This document shows, in pieces, positions 63,758 through 64,000 of a stretch of 64,000 nt of DNA. The notes under the pieces are model-generated. The model had not been told where the DNA came from and did no database searches. It saw only the letters and a list, made by a program, of their open reading frames with translations. The stretch covers positions 9,114,001 through 9,178,000 of the forward strand of contig CM069150.1 of assembly GCA_035221665.1 (NCBI GenBank), read 5' to 3'. How positions within the stretch are numbered: the first letter of the stretch is position 1; each line of letters opens with the position of its first letter. A program made the translations under genes and the position numbers. The stretch is from Okamejei kenojei (Eukaryota).

Positions 63758-63853
63758 ATCAGTACCTGCCACCAGCTTCTCCATCCCCAGGTTCTGCAGC
63801 TGCTTGTTAAACTGTTTGAGACTGAACATTCCCAGCTTGATGTCATGGAGCAG
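63758..63853 (+). CDS. NELFCD: NELFCD exon 12
   Basis: cag|ISTCHQLLHPQVLQLLVKLFETEHSQLDVMEQ|gtaatc; 96 nt. Confidence 0.97.
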
Positions 63854-64000
63854 GTAATCCTTATGTTACATGGAGAAAGAACGTGGGGGGTGGGGGTGGA
63901 TGCAGAGGTGAAATAATCCTTGGTTTGCATTTTACATTAACTTCTGGAATGATGGGCTTAAATGCAGTGGAAGTCCTACTTTATTGAAACTGGGGAATGC

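Larger units (their letters stand above)
18863..63853 (+). other. NELFCD: NELFCD (TH1L) gene, coding exons 1-12; 3' exons lie beyond the window
   Basis: Twelve GT-AG exons splice in frame (1503 nt from ATG 18941) to a protein matching human NELF-C/D as I recall it, from DEYFGSAADW to ETEHSQLDVMEQ. Confidence 0.97.

Overview
Vertebrate genomic DNA, most likely from an elasmobranch (skate/ray/shark), judged from HE1-type tRNA SINEs, CR1/HER1 LINEs and abundant Penelope remnants. The only host gene I can support is NELFCD (TH1L, negative elongation factor C/D). Its coding exons 1-12 lie on the + strand from ~18.9 kb to 63853, all with GT-AG boundaries and consistent phases; the gene continues past the window. 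The rest is transposon-derived: CR1, Rex1/Babar, Penelope-like elements, a Tc1 element, Harbinger MITEs, a Helitron, a DIRS element and a THAP-remnant foldback. Most ORFs in the supplied track are spurious or TE debris. Highlights: (1) two TSD-flanked copies of a ~135-bp retroelement whose 5' end is a 54-nt minimal, CPEB3-like HDV-fold ribozyme; (2) a DIRS element with readable ITR/ICR geometry and arrays of twin-hairpin repeats; (3) an intronic Helitron carrying a TATA-Inr-splice donor cassette pointing at NELFCD exon 5; (4) the codon matching the NELF-D start Met is ATA here. All alignments, translations and folds were done by eye.
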